This document shows, piece by piece, positions 13,331 to 26,331 of a stretch of 64,000 nt of DNA. Position 1 is the stretch's first letter, and the number at the start of each line of letters is the position of its first letter. The notes beneath the pieces are model-generated. The model ran no database searches. It was given only the letters and a program-made list of their open reading frames with translations, and was not told the origin of the DNA. The stretch spans positions 36,270,001-36,334,000 of the forward strand of contig OZ024750.1 in assembly GCA_964016885.1 (NCBI GenBank). Direction: 5' to 3'. The translations under genes were made by a program, and so were the position numbers. This stretch comes from Eledone cirrhosa. Taxonomy: Eukaryota.

Positions 13331-13794
13331 ACCTTCATACAGCAATTTAACCACTTCAGTGCCGTGAACGAGATAACTCATCCTAACATGTTTGAACTCT
13401 TTTCCAAAAGTTCATAACTTCAAAGCTAGATGAAGTTACTAGTTTATTGATGTGACATTTGTCAATCAAAATAGTCATTTTACTGAAAAAAAAACCCAGC
13501 ACAGCAACTGTAGCTATGTAAAATATACACAGCAGTCAACAGGTTAATGCTACTGTAATTGCCTCTATCTTGTGTGTCTCTTTTACCCTTTGTAACAGTT
13601 GACAATGTTGCTACTATGTCAGTCATTGTGTATGACACCTTCCTGTACAAACTAGAGTGGAAAGTAAAACTCCTCTTGTCTAATTATTTTTTCTTTAGAC
13701 TCTATGTGTACTTAGTTTAGTAAGGGAGATGCTACTATGCCAGTCATTGGATATAGCACCTTCCTGTACAAACTGGTTTATTATAAAGGTGATT

Positions 13795-14072
13795 AGTCTG
13801 TAGCCTAGTGGTTAGGGTGTTGAACTTACAATCATAAGCAGGTTCGATTCCTAGACTGCGTTGTGTGTTGTATTCTTGAGCAAAACACTTCATTTCACAT
13901 TGCTCCAGTACACTCAGCTGAAAATGAGTACCAACAATAGCTGGGGGTTTAAACCTATGGTGGAATGGTGTCCCATTCGGGGAGGAGTCTTGTTCTTTCA
14001 GTTGCTTAAAGCCAACGAAACCAGGATAAACACTGGCCTGATGAGCTTCCAGGCTAGAGACAGACTTTAAAC
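13795..14072 (+). mobile_element. tRNA/CORE SINE family 3 (second copy about 28280-28760 with tandem tails)
   Basis: tagcctagtggttag..ggttcgattcc..ttcttgagcaaaacactt..gacagactttaa. Confidence 0.75.
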
Positions 14073-14478
14073 TTTAGTCTGTCCTGACTCAAGTGAGTCT
14101 ATTTACTCCTTGTAACAGTTGACAATGATGCTACCACGCCAGTCGTTAGGTATGTCACTTTCCTGTATAAACTGGTTTACTATACGTATGAGTAATAATA
14201 GCCATGTTCTGATGGTTAATTTAACCATCTTGGCAGCAAATACTGTATTGTCTCCATTTCATTGTCAAACATTGTAACCTCCAATCTCTGATACATACAT
14301 ATACACACAAACTCACTGACTTACACATACATATATATGTACATACATACACAGACATGTGCATGCTCACATGCATACACTTACTCACACTCGCATACAT
14401 ATATATATACATACTAAAACACACATACTCGCTCACACTCACAGACACATACATATATATATACATATATATATACAT

Positions 14479-14940
14479 ATACATATGGTGGCTGCCAACT
14501 CGTTTTCGAGTACGGCCACTACTTTATATCCATGTAGGAGAACCCCTACCGATGCACTGAACGAGTGTGACATTTTAGTCCAGCCAGCGACTTGAAAACT
14601 CTGGTACAAACACTACACTTGTGACAATTATTGACACATAGTGCTGGGCCCATGGTACCATGTGACGACAAGTGCAGAGAGATCTCCAGATATAAAGCAA
14701 TGCCTGTGCCGTGAAGCTTTTATAGTGAGCAAAGGCACTGCACAAAGCCAGTCCCACTCTCTTAACCAAGATGATATTTACCAAAAAGAAGAACAAGTCA
14801 ACATCATTGGATACCATCAGGGTTGCAGATGTTATATCATACATATGGTGGCTGCCAACTCGTTTTCGAGTACGGCCACTACTTTATATCCATGTAGGAG
14901 AACCCCTACCGAACCCCACGCAGGTGTTATATCATACATA
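14479..14940 (+). repeat. About 359-bp unit bounded by a roughly 70-bp identical direct repeat
   Basis: catatggtggctgccaactcg...cccctaccga at about 14482 and 14841; diverged homolog at about 51455-51505 on the minus strand. Confidence 0.75.
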
Positions 14941-15342
14941 TACATCCATACATACACATTGATACACACATCCATATATACATACATACAGATACACACA
15001 TTCATATATACATAATACAAACAGATATACGCATCGATATATACAGACACATCCATATATACATAATACAGATATACACATATATACATAAACACAGATA
15101 CATATAGCTATACACATCCATATATACATACATACAAACAGCTATACACATCCATAGATATATATGTACAGATACACACATCCATATCATCATCATCATT
15201 TAACGTCCATCTTCCACGCTAGCAGAGGTTATATGGGTTTGTCCCATTTAGAGGCAAGTTGGGTTGGGTGACCATGTCTTGCTCCTATAGGACAGCTTCT
15301 GGCTGGTTTTCTATGGCTGGATTCCCTTCCTAACGCCAACCA

Positions 15343-16255
15343 CATTTACAGTGTGGACTGGGTGCTTTTTGTCATGACACCCACATGACCACTTTACAGT
15401 GTGGACTGGGTGCTTTTTGTTGTGTCTCCTACATGACCACTTTACAGTGTGGACTGGGTGCTTTTTGTCATGACACCCACATGACCACTTTACAGTGTGG
15501 ACTGGGTGCTTTTTGTTGTGTCTCCTACATGACCACTTTACAGTGTGGACTGGGTGCTTTTTGTTATGTCTCCTACACGGCCACCTTATAGTGGGGGCTG
15601 TGTACTTTTTGTTGTGTCTCCCACATGACCACCTTACAGTGTGGACTGGGTGCTTTTTGTCATGACACCTACATGACCACCTTACAATGTGGGCCGGGTG
15701 CTTTTTGTTGTGTCTCCTACATGACCACTTTACAGTGTGCGCTGGGTGCTTTTGGTTGTGTCTCCTACACGACCACCTTACAGTGTGGACTGGGTGCTTT
15801 TTGTCATGACACCTACATGACCACTTTACAGTGTGGGCTGGGTGCTTTTGTTGTGTCTCCTACATGACCACCTTACAATGTGGGCCGGGTGCTTTTTGTT
15901 GTGTCTCCTACATGACCACTTTACAGTGTGCGCTGGGTGCTTTTGGTTGTGTCTCCTACACGACCACCTTACAGTGTGGGCTGGGTGCTTTTTGTGGTGT
16001 CTCCTACATGACCACTTTGCAGTGTGGGCTGGGTGCTTTTTGTTGTGTCTCCTACATGACCACCTTACAATGTGGGCCGGGTGCTTTTTGTTGTGTCTCC
16101 TAGATGACCACTTTACAGTGTGGGCTGGGTGCTTTTTGTTGTGTCTCCTACACGACCACCTTACAGTGTGGGCTGGGTGCTTTTTGTCATGACACCTACA
16201 TGACCACCTTACAGTGTGGGCTGGGTGCTTTTTGTCATGAAACCTACACAACCAC
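15343..16255. repeat. 48-bp tandem array (about 19 copies) expanded inside a SINE
   Basis: Unit catgaccactttacagtgtggactgggtgctttttgttgtgtctccta, present 1-3 times in other SINE copies. Confidence 0.95.
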
Positions 16256-16654
16256 TATACATGTATACACACATACCCATACACACATCCATATATACAT
16301 CCATTCAACAAGTCCATACCAATTTTGTTATAGAGTTATAAAATACACTGAGTAAATAAGAGGTGAGAATATGAACACAAGATAAAGTTATTGGGTTTTT
16401 TTTTAAACAATGTTTAACAAAACGTCTGCTGCAATGCAAGAGAGATTTAAAGGAAACTTATTGACATTTACAAGAATTTGCCACTAACCTTTCTGGTTAT
16501 GTCTTTTGGTTCAAATGTTTGTTAATTGTCTGTTGGAATGTCAGCTTTGCAATTGCCTTCTCTAACTGAATATCTACTTCATTACCCTCTCACTTTATCA
16601 CTGTCACTCTCTCTTTATATTCCTCCTTCTCTCTTCCTGTCTCTTTTCCTCTGT

Positions 16655-16737
<83 letters not shown>

Positions 16738-18564
16738 TTCCCTTTCCTCTTTCTTTTTATTTATTTCTTCCCTCTCTCTCCTTTCTGTTATTCCTCTCAT
16801 TCACTTTCTCTCACTTTAATTCATTTTCTGCTCCTCTCCCTTGTTCCACAGTCAATCTCTACCCCCCACTCTCTCTCTCTCTCTCTTATAGTCTTTGATC
16901 TCTTTTATTTCTTGTTAAATTTCCCTTTTCTCATTAATCTCCTTTTATCACTTCAACCCCACTCCCCACCCTGTCTTTATCTCTCTCCATTCCCCCTCAC
17001 TCCCTCTCCTCGTTTCCTTATCTTCCCCGGGGGAGGCCCCATCTCATTGTACCTCCAATTTGTTATATTAAAAATATATCATAATCTTATTTAGAACCAC
17101 AATATCCACACATCTTAGCATTTTCCATCCATTTATAGCAATGTCATGCTCTACAAAATAGTTTCTTTTGCCTACATTGATGAATCATTCAAATATTTCA
17201 TATTTCAACTATTTATTTGTGAATTGGCAGTATCGGTAGAGGGTCGGACGCCATGCTTTGATGCATAGAGTTTCGGCCCTTGCCATTCTGAGTTCAAATC
17301 CCGCCGAGGTTAACTTTGCCTTTCATCCTTACGGTTTGATAAAATAAAGTACCAGTAATGCACTGGTTAATTGCTGGCCTTGTGCAAAAAGTAGAAACAA
17401 TTATTATTATTTTATTTATTCATTTTTGTTGTTGCTTGGTTGAAATGTGTGAGTGTGAGATGCAGGATTGGAAATAAATAGTAGCAACAGGTGGTGCTAT
17501 TAAGTTAGACATGACCTGGGCCAATACTGGCCGAAACCTATCAAAGTTATAACAAATACATGTTGGACACAACTATGTTATAATGTATCATCATCATCAT
17601 TTTACGTCCGCTTTTCCCTGCTTACAAGGGTTGGATGGGTCCTATTCAGCACAGCATCTCTCCATTTGTCACGGTCCTTTCATACACAGGAAGAAACCCT
17701 TCTCTGTCAACAAAGGAAGCAGGTCCCTAAACTTCTTCCAAACCGTCCTTATTCTAGATACTATGGCCTTGGAACATCCCCCCCCCCCCTCCCATGCTAA
17801 TCTGATCACCTATATGTATATCATCATTTCATTTTATGTCTGCTTTTTCTCTGCTTGCAAGGGTGGGACGGGAACTGATTCTGGCTTGATTTCTACAGCT
17901 TGATGCCCTTCCTAACACCAACCTCATTTACAATGAGTGCTGGGTGCTTTTTTGTTGTGGCACCTCCATGACCACTTTACAGTGGAATGATATGGACCCC
18001 AGTCCCTATCATCTCATTTCTACAGCTGAGTAAACTGGAGCAATGTGAAATAAAGTGTCTTGCTCAAGGAAACAACACATCACCCAGTCTGAGAATTGAA
18101 CCTATATATATATAATGATAAACTTAGGAGTATTAACAGAGAGGACAAGACAATGAATCAAAACAAGACAACAAGAAAAGCAATATTTTAAGGGGAATCT
18201 TAAAAAAATACTTTAAAAAATACTTTAAAAAAAAAATACAAACAAAAGACACAGAACTCCATGGTCATCAGCAGTTGATGTGGACTTTGGCAGTTTCGAC
18301 CCCTACCAATGGTACTTCTAGTACAGATGGGGGTCACAGAGTCTGACACAAGCCAAACGCTGTCCAGTGGAGTAAGAGATGAAAGATAAAACATTAATTT
18401 ATAGCAATTAAGCTAGAACAGATAGAATTTATGTGACGCGAGGAGAAAAGTGTGGTGCTTCTTATAGCACAAAAGTCTTAGGAATCGAAAAGTTATATAT
18501 AAATATATATATATATATATATGTATATAATAAATAAAAGACAGTTACTTTTAGTCCATCCCAC

Positions 18565-18637
18565 TTTTATTATACTTATTTCAAAGATGCAAGACTTATG
18601 TATAACATAAGCCAAAACATGTTCTCTTCAGATAAAA
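18565..18637 (-). ncRNA. Type I hammerhead ribozyme
   Basis: ttttat-CTGAAGA-(stem II containing ggcttatgt/acataagtc)-GAAA-taagta-TA-ataaaa; short tail to (TA)n. Confidence 0.7.
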
Positions 18638-19572
18638 TCCATGGGAAATGTAGAAATCATTTGATATGCAGGCGGTCAGACGAGCTGTTCAGATCTGTAG
18701 CCAGCAAGAATATGAGATAGAAAAAACAACAACACAGAAGATATATGAGTGAAAGAAATATTACAGTTGTTATTGATGTATTTGAACTGGCAAGAGTATG
18801 ATGATAGCGGATTGGTAAAAAAATAAAACCAATAACAAATATTGACCATGAGTTTATTTATTTATTTATAACTATTATTTATTTATAACTATTATTTATT
18901 TATAACTTATGTTAGATTAAATTAGATACTATACTAAAAAATATATTCAAAGATGCTAAAGTAATAATGTAACTATATAATAAAGAAAAATTTATAAAAG
19001 CCTAATTTAAAGACAATTTATGTTAGTTTATGTAAACAATTTAATTTAGTAAATATTATGAGAGTGGAGAAAAATATTTAACAATTGGCTTTGCTAATTT
19101 ACAACTGGCTATATAACATTATATGGGACTAATCAGTTGGTTCAAAGGAAAAGATGTATTTGTTGTAGCCTAATTAGTTAAAAGGAAAAATGCATGTATT
19201 ATAGTCTAAAATGTCAATTTATATTTAAATTAATTCACTTGTATACAAATTAAAGTTAAAATAGATGTAAAAGTTATGGTGAAAAAATATTATAATACTT
19301 ATTTGATCTATTTAGCTTATTAACGATTTAAAAATAAAAATAGCAGAAAAACTACATATAAAGAAATGTTATATTACTTATTTAAAAGTCTATTAAATTT
19401 TATTTAAAATTTAACTAAGTACCCTATGAAACGTTTTGCTAAACTTATGAAGACAAGAACTAAAGATTTCTGAGCGTTTATTTATAATCAATTGCCTATT
19501 ATGAATGATGTGGAGAATCTCTGTGGTACAGAGGTCACATCCCTTAGATATAGATGCATTTTCATAAGGCAA

Positions 19573-19990
19573 TATAGTGCAGGTAGTTCAGTGAAATACT
19601 GGTGTTGGTACCAAATGAAGCACTCGATGCACATGTAGAGTATCATCATCATCATCATCATCATCATCGTCGTTTAACGTCTATCTTCCACGCTAGCATG
19701 GGTTTAAAATAGAAAAAAGCGAGGAAGTTTCGTTTACATATAAAAAATATTTATTGTGTATCGACCTGTTACGTGCTTTTCACAGAGGATTGGTTCAATG
19801 TAACCACGACGCCTATGGGTCACCTTGAACCAATCCTCTGTGAAATGTGGGTAACAGGTCTATACACAATAAATATTTTTTATATGTAAACGAAGCTTCC
19901 TCGCTTTTTTTCTATTATATGCACTCTACATGTGCATAGAGTGCTTGGTTTGATACCAACACCAGTAATTTACTGTACTACCTACACTAT
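19573..19990. mobile_element. Symmetric fold-back (about 420 bp) with a SINE tail inserted in the left arm
   Basis: Arms match around a 25-nt loop at about 19800-19825; a (cat)n SINE tail sits at about 19641-19706; GAAA..TA and AATAAA on each arm. Confidence 0.8.
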
Positions 19991-20084
19991 ATATCATCAT
20001 CATCGTTTAACGTCTATCTTCCATGCTAGCATATATATTTGGTAAAATCTAAACTGAGAATATATAAATATGTGGGTTTCACTT

Positions 20085-20986
20085 AGAATATTTTCAAGAA
20101 AAGATGGTATATGCACACCCACACATTTAAAACCTCCACTTTAGCTAGATCTATGGCCTTTGTGGAACAAATCTGGGATCTGAAGCGGGCTAATATTGAA
20201 TACACACTACAATGGTCCGTGCTAAAATTCACCCATCCATACTGGAATGAAAGACGCCCCTGTGAACTATATTTGGCAGAGGTAATTGAAATAGCAACCG
20301 GAAAGGACCTTCTAAATTCCCAGCACAATAGGGTATTTAATTGCAAACGCAAGGTTCTAAAAACCTTCGCTAAATACAAACCGGTCTAGAACAAGATTCG
20401 ATCCCTAATATCTAGGTTTTACTACATCCTATTTGGTACATTTCCTGTGGCATTTGAACTTTTCAACCCAATGGGTTCAGTAATATTCAAAACAATCTCG
20501 TTTTCTTAATTCCTTTCCTCCTTATCCACTCTACCATACTCTTAATCTCTAACTTATCTTCCTCTGTCCCTCTCTTTATAACTTCTCTAACCTATATATG
20601 GCAAACATCAAAACCTTCACCCAAACCAATGGTCAAAGTATAATTGTTCCACATCACAGATTGATAGTGTGAAAGTCTTTATCCCCAATCCCTCTCCTCT
20701 CTACTATCACACTAACTGACTGTATTTCATTTTATTTTTAGTTTATTTACTTTTTCTTAAAGGAAAATCCCATTGCTGAATTGTACTGCGTAGTGAATAG
20801 TTGACTTCCACTACTCTAAGCTTTCTGATGAAGTGTAATAAATAATTAAGTATTGCATATGATTGAACAATATATATTGTAGTCAGCATATGTAGACAAT
20901 CTATAATAGACACAGAAACATATGTTAAAGCAAATAAATTCCTAATCTACACGCTGACATTTTATTTTTCTTGGTGCAATACCTTA

Positions 20987-20990
<4 letters not shown>
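20085..20990 (+). mobile_element. PLE 3' fragment: GIY-YIG C-terminus, 3' UTR and HHR
   Basis: RWYMHTHTFK..IWDLKRANIEYTLQWSVLK..PY..CEL..EVIEI..LLN; HHR at 20820-20931; ends at (TA)n. Confidence 0.85.
20820..20931 (+). ncRNA. Type I hammerhead ribozyme with extended stem II
   Basis: gcttt-CTGATGA-agtgt...acaca-GAAAC-atat-GTT-aaagc, followed by AATAAA; lies in a PLE 3' terminus. Confidence 0.85.
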
Positions 20991-21036
<46 letters not shown>

Positions 21037-21040
<4 letters not shown>

Positions 21041-21157
21041 TATAGAAAAGCTTCTACAGGACTAGAACTGTTTCATTCATGAGAAATTATCAGGAAGCCC
21101 CTGATGATTTCTCACAAATGAAACAGTTCTAGTCCTGTTGAAGCTTTTCTATATTAA
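21037..21157. ncRNA. Head-to-head hammerhead pair in a fold-back palindrome
   Basis: Plus strand: CTGATGA-tttctcacaaat-GAAA-cag..ctg-TT-gaagc. Minus strand: gcttc-CTGATAA..GAAAcag..ctgTA-gaagc. Arms about 55 bp. Confidence 0.75.
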
Positions 21158-21254
21158 AACATTTATACTCTGCTATGTATTGAGTACCTTACTTACTGTG
21201 GTTAACCCCGATTGAACCTGGAATAACATATATATATATATATAAATTTTCAAT

Positions 21255-21680
21255 ACCCGAATTACTTGATCGTTTTTTTGGCTATGCGAATGATTGTTTA
21301 ACCATTGTCTCAGTGTGTTTGGCGTTTAACATTTGTTATAGCTCTGGTTCATCTGAACCATTGAGCACTTGCCTCACATCTCGGAGGTTGTTTTTCGTTA
21401 TTTCGTCGGCTGAAATGCGAATCTCGATAATTTATGTTTGTATATATATATATATATATTTTTCAATCATATTTTATTATTTGTTTGACCCGAATAGCTT
21501 GTTCGCTTCTATGGCTTTGCGGTTAATGGTTTAACCATCGTCTCAGTGTGTTTGGCCTTTTAACGTATGTTTTCGCTCTAGTTCACTCGTTTATATTGAG
21601 CGCTTGCCACACATTTCGGAAGTTGTTTTTCACTAATTTCCAATAGCCGAAATGCGATTCTCGCTAATTTATATTTGTGT
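21255..21680 (+). repeat. Family C TA-anchored repeat, two copies (also about 42745-42935 and 55320-55525)
   Basis: About 190-bp homologous units, all ending at aatttatRtttg|(ta)n. Confidence 0.8.
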
Positions 21681-21752
21681 ATATATATATATAATCATCA
21701 TAATCATCATTGTCTAACACCCATCTTCCACACTAGCACACATATATATATA

Positions 21753-21954
21753 TAACGAAGGAAATGTGGTAAGGAACCAGATGGACCATAACGCACCAAA
21801 GTACTCAATACTTAGAGTAGTAGAGTGGGTAATAGGAACGAGTAGGACCCCGACGGCTGAGCTCAAGCCATTTCGACGGCTAATTCTGGACTAATTCAGT
21901 CCAGAATTAGCCGTCGAAATGGCTTGAGCTCAGCCGTCGGGGTCCTACTCGTTC

Positions 21955-21959
<5 letters not shown>
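21753..21959 (-). mobile_element. Family A fold-back hairpin insertion (HHR 3' half)
   Basis: Palindrome 21831-21959 centred on ggact-aattc-agtcc; long arm extends to (TA)n. Confidence 0.85.
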
Positions 21960-22020
<61 letters not shown>

Positions 22021-22030
<10 letters not shown>

Positions 22031-22495
22031 AATGAATAATAACAGGTAGACATCATAAAAAGGTAATTTATTCCGTGTGCTTACAAATGTTTCCACGGTG
22101 GTACTACAGCCTAGTTATGCTATGTGCAAATTTACAAGTATTTGCAGAACTCAAATATCCAATGCTGTGACCACTGTATCCTCAGACCATTCTGCTCTGA
22201 GGATACAGTGGTCACAGCATTGGATATTTGAGTTCTGCAAATACTTGTAAATTTGCACATAGCATAACTAGGCTGTAGTACCACCGTGGAAACATTTGTA
22301 AGCACACGGAATAAATTACCTTTTTATGATGTCTACCTGTTATTATTCATTCTTTATATACACTCCGGAATACAGAAGGATCAGGAACTAAGTTTCTTCA
22401 ACAATTCTTCCATAACTCATAGAGTAACCTCTCACCGTACGTCAACCATATCCAGTGTAGTAATTAACCATTACTACATCTTGGATAATCCTATA

Positions 22496-22500
<5 letters not shown>
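22021..22500 (+). mobile_element. Fold-back insertion with about 165-bp perfect arms containing an HHR
   Basis: About 22021-22186 is the reverse complement of 22196-22360, with a 9-nt loop; long arm continues to (TA)n at 22500. Confidence 0.9.
22193..22304 (+). ncRNA. Type I hammerhead ribozyme with extended stem II, mirrored on the minus strand
   Basis: tgct-CTGAGGA-tacagtggt...accaccgtg-GAAAC-attt-GTA-agca, followed by AATAAA. Confidence 0.85.
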
Positions 22501-22544
<44 letters not shown>

Positions 22545-24039
22545 GTGCTTATCTTCAACTGTACAAAGTGTTCTGGGTGCATTTTCATGGCTTCAGCACT
22601 ACCAATTTATAGAATTGTGAGTGTAATTTATTGTGATACTAATACGTTACAGTGTGTACTGAGTCCATTTTATCATGACACCAGCACTAAAGAATTTATC
22701 ATATTGTTGTATGTGGCCAGATAGAAGTATCCAATCAAACATTGTTTCTGTTGCTAATCTGTAGTGTCCAGTCCCTCACCATGTTTATAGTGTTACAGTG
22801 GCTGTAATGGTGGACAAGCCTTTTGTATTATGGCATATTTTTATACAACTCTCATTCCATTTCCATATAACATAAACATATACAATGAACTTGTATCAGT
22901 TTTCATCTACTAAATTCACTAACAGGCAGTGGTTTGGCAGGGAGTTGCATATGACACACACACATGTATGTGTGTATTTATCCATATATATATATACACA
23001 ATAATGGAATTGTGTTTTGTGAACTAGGTTTATGGGAATCCAAGATTTATGCTTGGGGATCACACCAGATTCCATCAGAGATGAGCAAAGCAACCTTTTG
23101 ATGACAGTTTGATCTCTTAATCTAACCTTTAATATTCATATTCATCTCTACGGATACTGTAATATACATGTTCATACCCAAGACCTTAAAAAAATTCATG
23201 GAACTCATCTCATTATATGAATCTAGTATTCATAACATCTGCTTTTGATGAAGATCCATGTGAAATTCTTCACCATGTTATCTGTAAGCAATCATACATG
23301 CATGTTCACAACTTCACCAACTATAATCACAAGTATCTAGAAATAACTCTAATCGTCACTGCTCGTTCTAGATGAGAATTATGAATTCAGCAATAAAATA
23401 CAAACTGACCCTCAAAAATGTTAACCTACCAAATAAATTCTGCTTAAAGAAGTGAAAACCTATTTAACAATACGATAAAATGTATCATCATCATCATTTC
23501 ATTTTACGTCCGCTTTTCCCTGCTTGCAAGGGTGGGACGGGAACTGATTCTGGCTTGATTTCTACAGCTGGATGCCCTTCCTAACACCAACATCATTTAC
23601 ACTGAGTGTTGGGTGCTTTTTTTGGCCGTGGCACCTCCACGACCACTTTGCAGTGGAATGATATGGACCCCAGTCCCTATCATCTCATTTCTACAGCTGA
23701 GTAAACTGGAGCAATGTGAAATAAAGTGTCTTGCTCAAGGAAACAACACATCACCCGGTCTGAGAATTGAACTCACAACCTTTCGATTGCAAGGCCAATG
23801 CTCTAACCACTAAGCCATGTGCCTCCATTACATGTGAATCTATATTGTGCATGTCACTACTTAAGGGTAGTCCATCTTGTGGTCCTGGTAGACAGGATGA
23901 AGAGGACATTGCCCTGGAGAATAGCAACAGTGACATGTTGGAACATCCATTCCACTTCATGTGGCTCAAACTTCCAGGTAGCTAACTCCCCTCCAATGGC
24001 AAAATAAATTATAAAATACATTTTTCATCAATGGTTCTT

Positions 24040-24790
24040 CTTCTTCTTCACCCTCCTATTCCTGAGAGGGTCATGGGGGCAGTGTCCTTAAACACTCCTC
24101 CCAGCAGGTCCTGTCAAAAACAATTGCCTTCAACTGATCCAACTGGATCTCCAAGCGAGAACAGCTAAGTTCATGGATGTTGTCCAACCACCTTGCTCAA
24201 GGTCTACCACTGGGTCTACTGCCAGTTGGTTTTGCTCATAAAATATGTCCAGCAATTTTTTCCTGAGACATTCTAACTACATGTCCATAATATTGGAGTT
24301 GTGATCGCTCAATTCGGAGAAATAGCGGCTCTACCTGGAGTGACTCTCTGATCTCTGAGCTACGAATCTGTCCAGTAATTCTTTCCTGAGACATTCTAAC
24401 CACATTCCTATAGTATTGGAGCTGTGATCTCTCAATTCAGAGAAGTTGCAGCTCTTCCTGGAGTGGCTCTCTGATCTCCGAGCTACACATCTGTCCAGCA
24501 ATTCTTTCCTGAGACATTCTAACCACATTCCTATAGTATTGGAGCTGTGATCTCTCAATTCAGAGAAGTTGCAGCTCTACCTGGAGTGACTCTCTGATCT
24601 CTGAGCTACGAATCTGTCCAGCAATTCTTTCCTGAGACATTCTAACCACATTCCTATAGTATTGGAGCTGTGATCTCTCAATTCAGAGAAGTTGCGGCTC
24701 TACCTGGAGTGACTCTCTGATCTCTGAGCTACACACTCTATAGAGTAACATTACTCCAAAGACCTTTTGGAGGGACTCCATTTCAACCTC
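24040..24790 (-). repeat. LINE 3' fragment with about 4 x 123-bp tandem amplification
   Basis: Period 123 (24246, 24369, 24492, 24615); single-copy homolog on the plus strand at about 30690-31085. Confidence 0.8.
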
Positions 24791-26331
24791 TGTTCAGCTC
24801 ATCAATTGTTTATTAAATAATTTCATTATTAACTACACTTATCATCTTTAAATTTAACTATAAACACTGAAATGTTTATGGTTAAATTATGGTAATTAAG
24901 ACATTTGAAATTAAATTTTAAAATGATATATATAGAAAACTACAAAGCAAGTGGTTTTCACCATCCTCATCATTACCATTTAATCATTTAACATCCATTT
25001 TTTTCAAACTAGCATGGGTTTGACGAGTTGTCCCATTGTGAGACAAGTCACATCAAGTGACCATGTCTTGCTCATACAGAACCAGTCTTATGATTTTATA
25101 TTATAAAAATGTAAAATTCTTGATTATTTTCAAAATTAATTGAAACACATTGTCAGCATATTCTATTAAAAATATGGTCATGAAAGTATTAAAGGAGCTG
25201 TGTGTTGTTTTGGTAGTAATTGCTTCTGTTGCCAGTTTTGCAAATTATGTGAAATGATAGTGATCAGTTTGAAGTAAATTTAACCATATTTAAAGTAGAT
25301 TAGTCCAGACCAAACACAGAACTACCATTAAAGAAATATAGATAAAAAAGTGCTAAGATTAAAATTGTCTTAGAAATATTTTCATATACTTGTGAGGTTG
25401 AATGGCTCTACAAATTTTGATATTTTCATTAATCATTGAAGCATGTTGTTTATAGCTTTGATGTCTTCAAATGCATCAATTAATCAACAGTTAAGTGGAC
25501 GACACATTCCTTCTATTCACTTTGGTTGATTGAAGCCAACAGAATTCTTATCCCCCCCTCTCCCTCAACACACACATCATCATCATCATCATCATCATCA
25601 TTTTTATGTTTTTCTACACTTGCATGCAATGCTAGTTGCAATATATGGTATCAGAATTGTTTCTACTTTTGGCACAAGGCCAGCAATTACCCCAGTATAT
25701 TACTGGTACTTTATTTTATCGACCCCATAAGGATGAAAGACAAAATAATAATTATTTCTACTTTTGGCACAAGGCCAGCAATTACCCCAGTATATTACTG
25801 GTACTTTATTTTATCGACCCCATAAGGATGAAAGGCAAAATTAACCTTGACAGGATTTGAACTCAGACCGTAAAGGGACGTAACTATGCTAGAAAGCATG
25901 GCATCCAAACCTCCTCTACTGATACTGCCAATAATGACATCTTAAGCCAATTTCTACCTATAAAAAGAATTTAGTAAAATCATCATCATTGTTTAACATC
26001 TGTTTTCTCTACTAGAAAGGGTTGCACATGTCACAGACTGGTCAGTATTTAGTGGAGACTCTGACCTTCAAGTGGGCCAGAAACTGGCATATGTCCCTGT
26101 GCTCTTCAATGTGTACATATGGAAGGCTGATTTCCTACAATAGTCTATCTGCTTTCTCTCTTAACCCTTTAGCATTTAAACCGGCTGTGTCCGGCCAGAA
26201 TTCTCTCACCTCTTTCTGTTCAAACTGGCTGTAACCAGCCGCTTATACTGATGTTAAGGTATTATTCTCAAAATGAATTATATCAAAATCTCCTAGATTC
26301 GATATTATGTGAGATTAAGTCTTTACAATGA

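Noticed and set aside
15343-16355. Cys-rich repeat ORFs (MTTLQCGLGAFCCVSY)n as a protein
   Set aside because: A 48-bp SINE-internal VNTR; the frame stays open only because 48 is divisible by 3.
18255-18345. Type II hammerhead on the minus strand
   Set aside because: GAAAC..GUC and a gacccc/ggggtc stem are present, but the register with CTGATGA is wrong. Counted only as a degenerate remnant.
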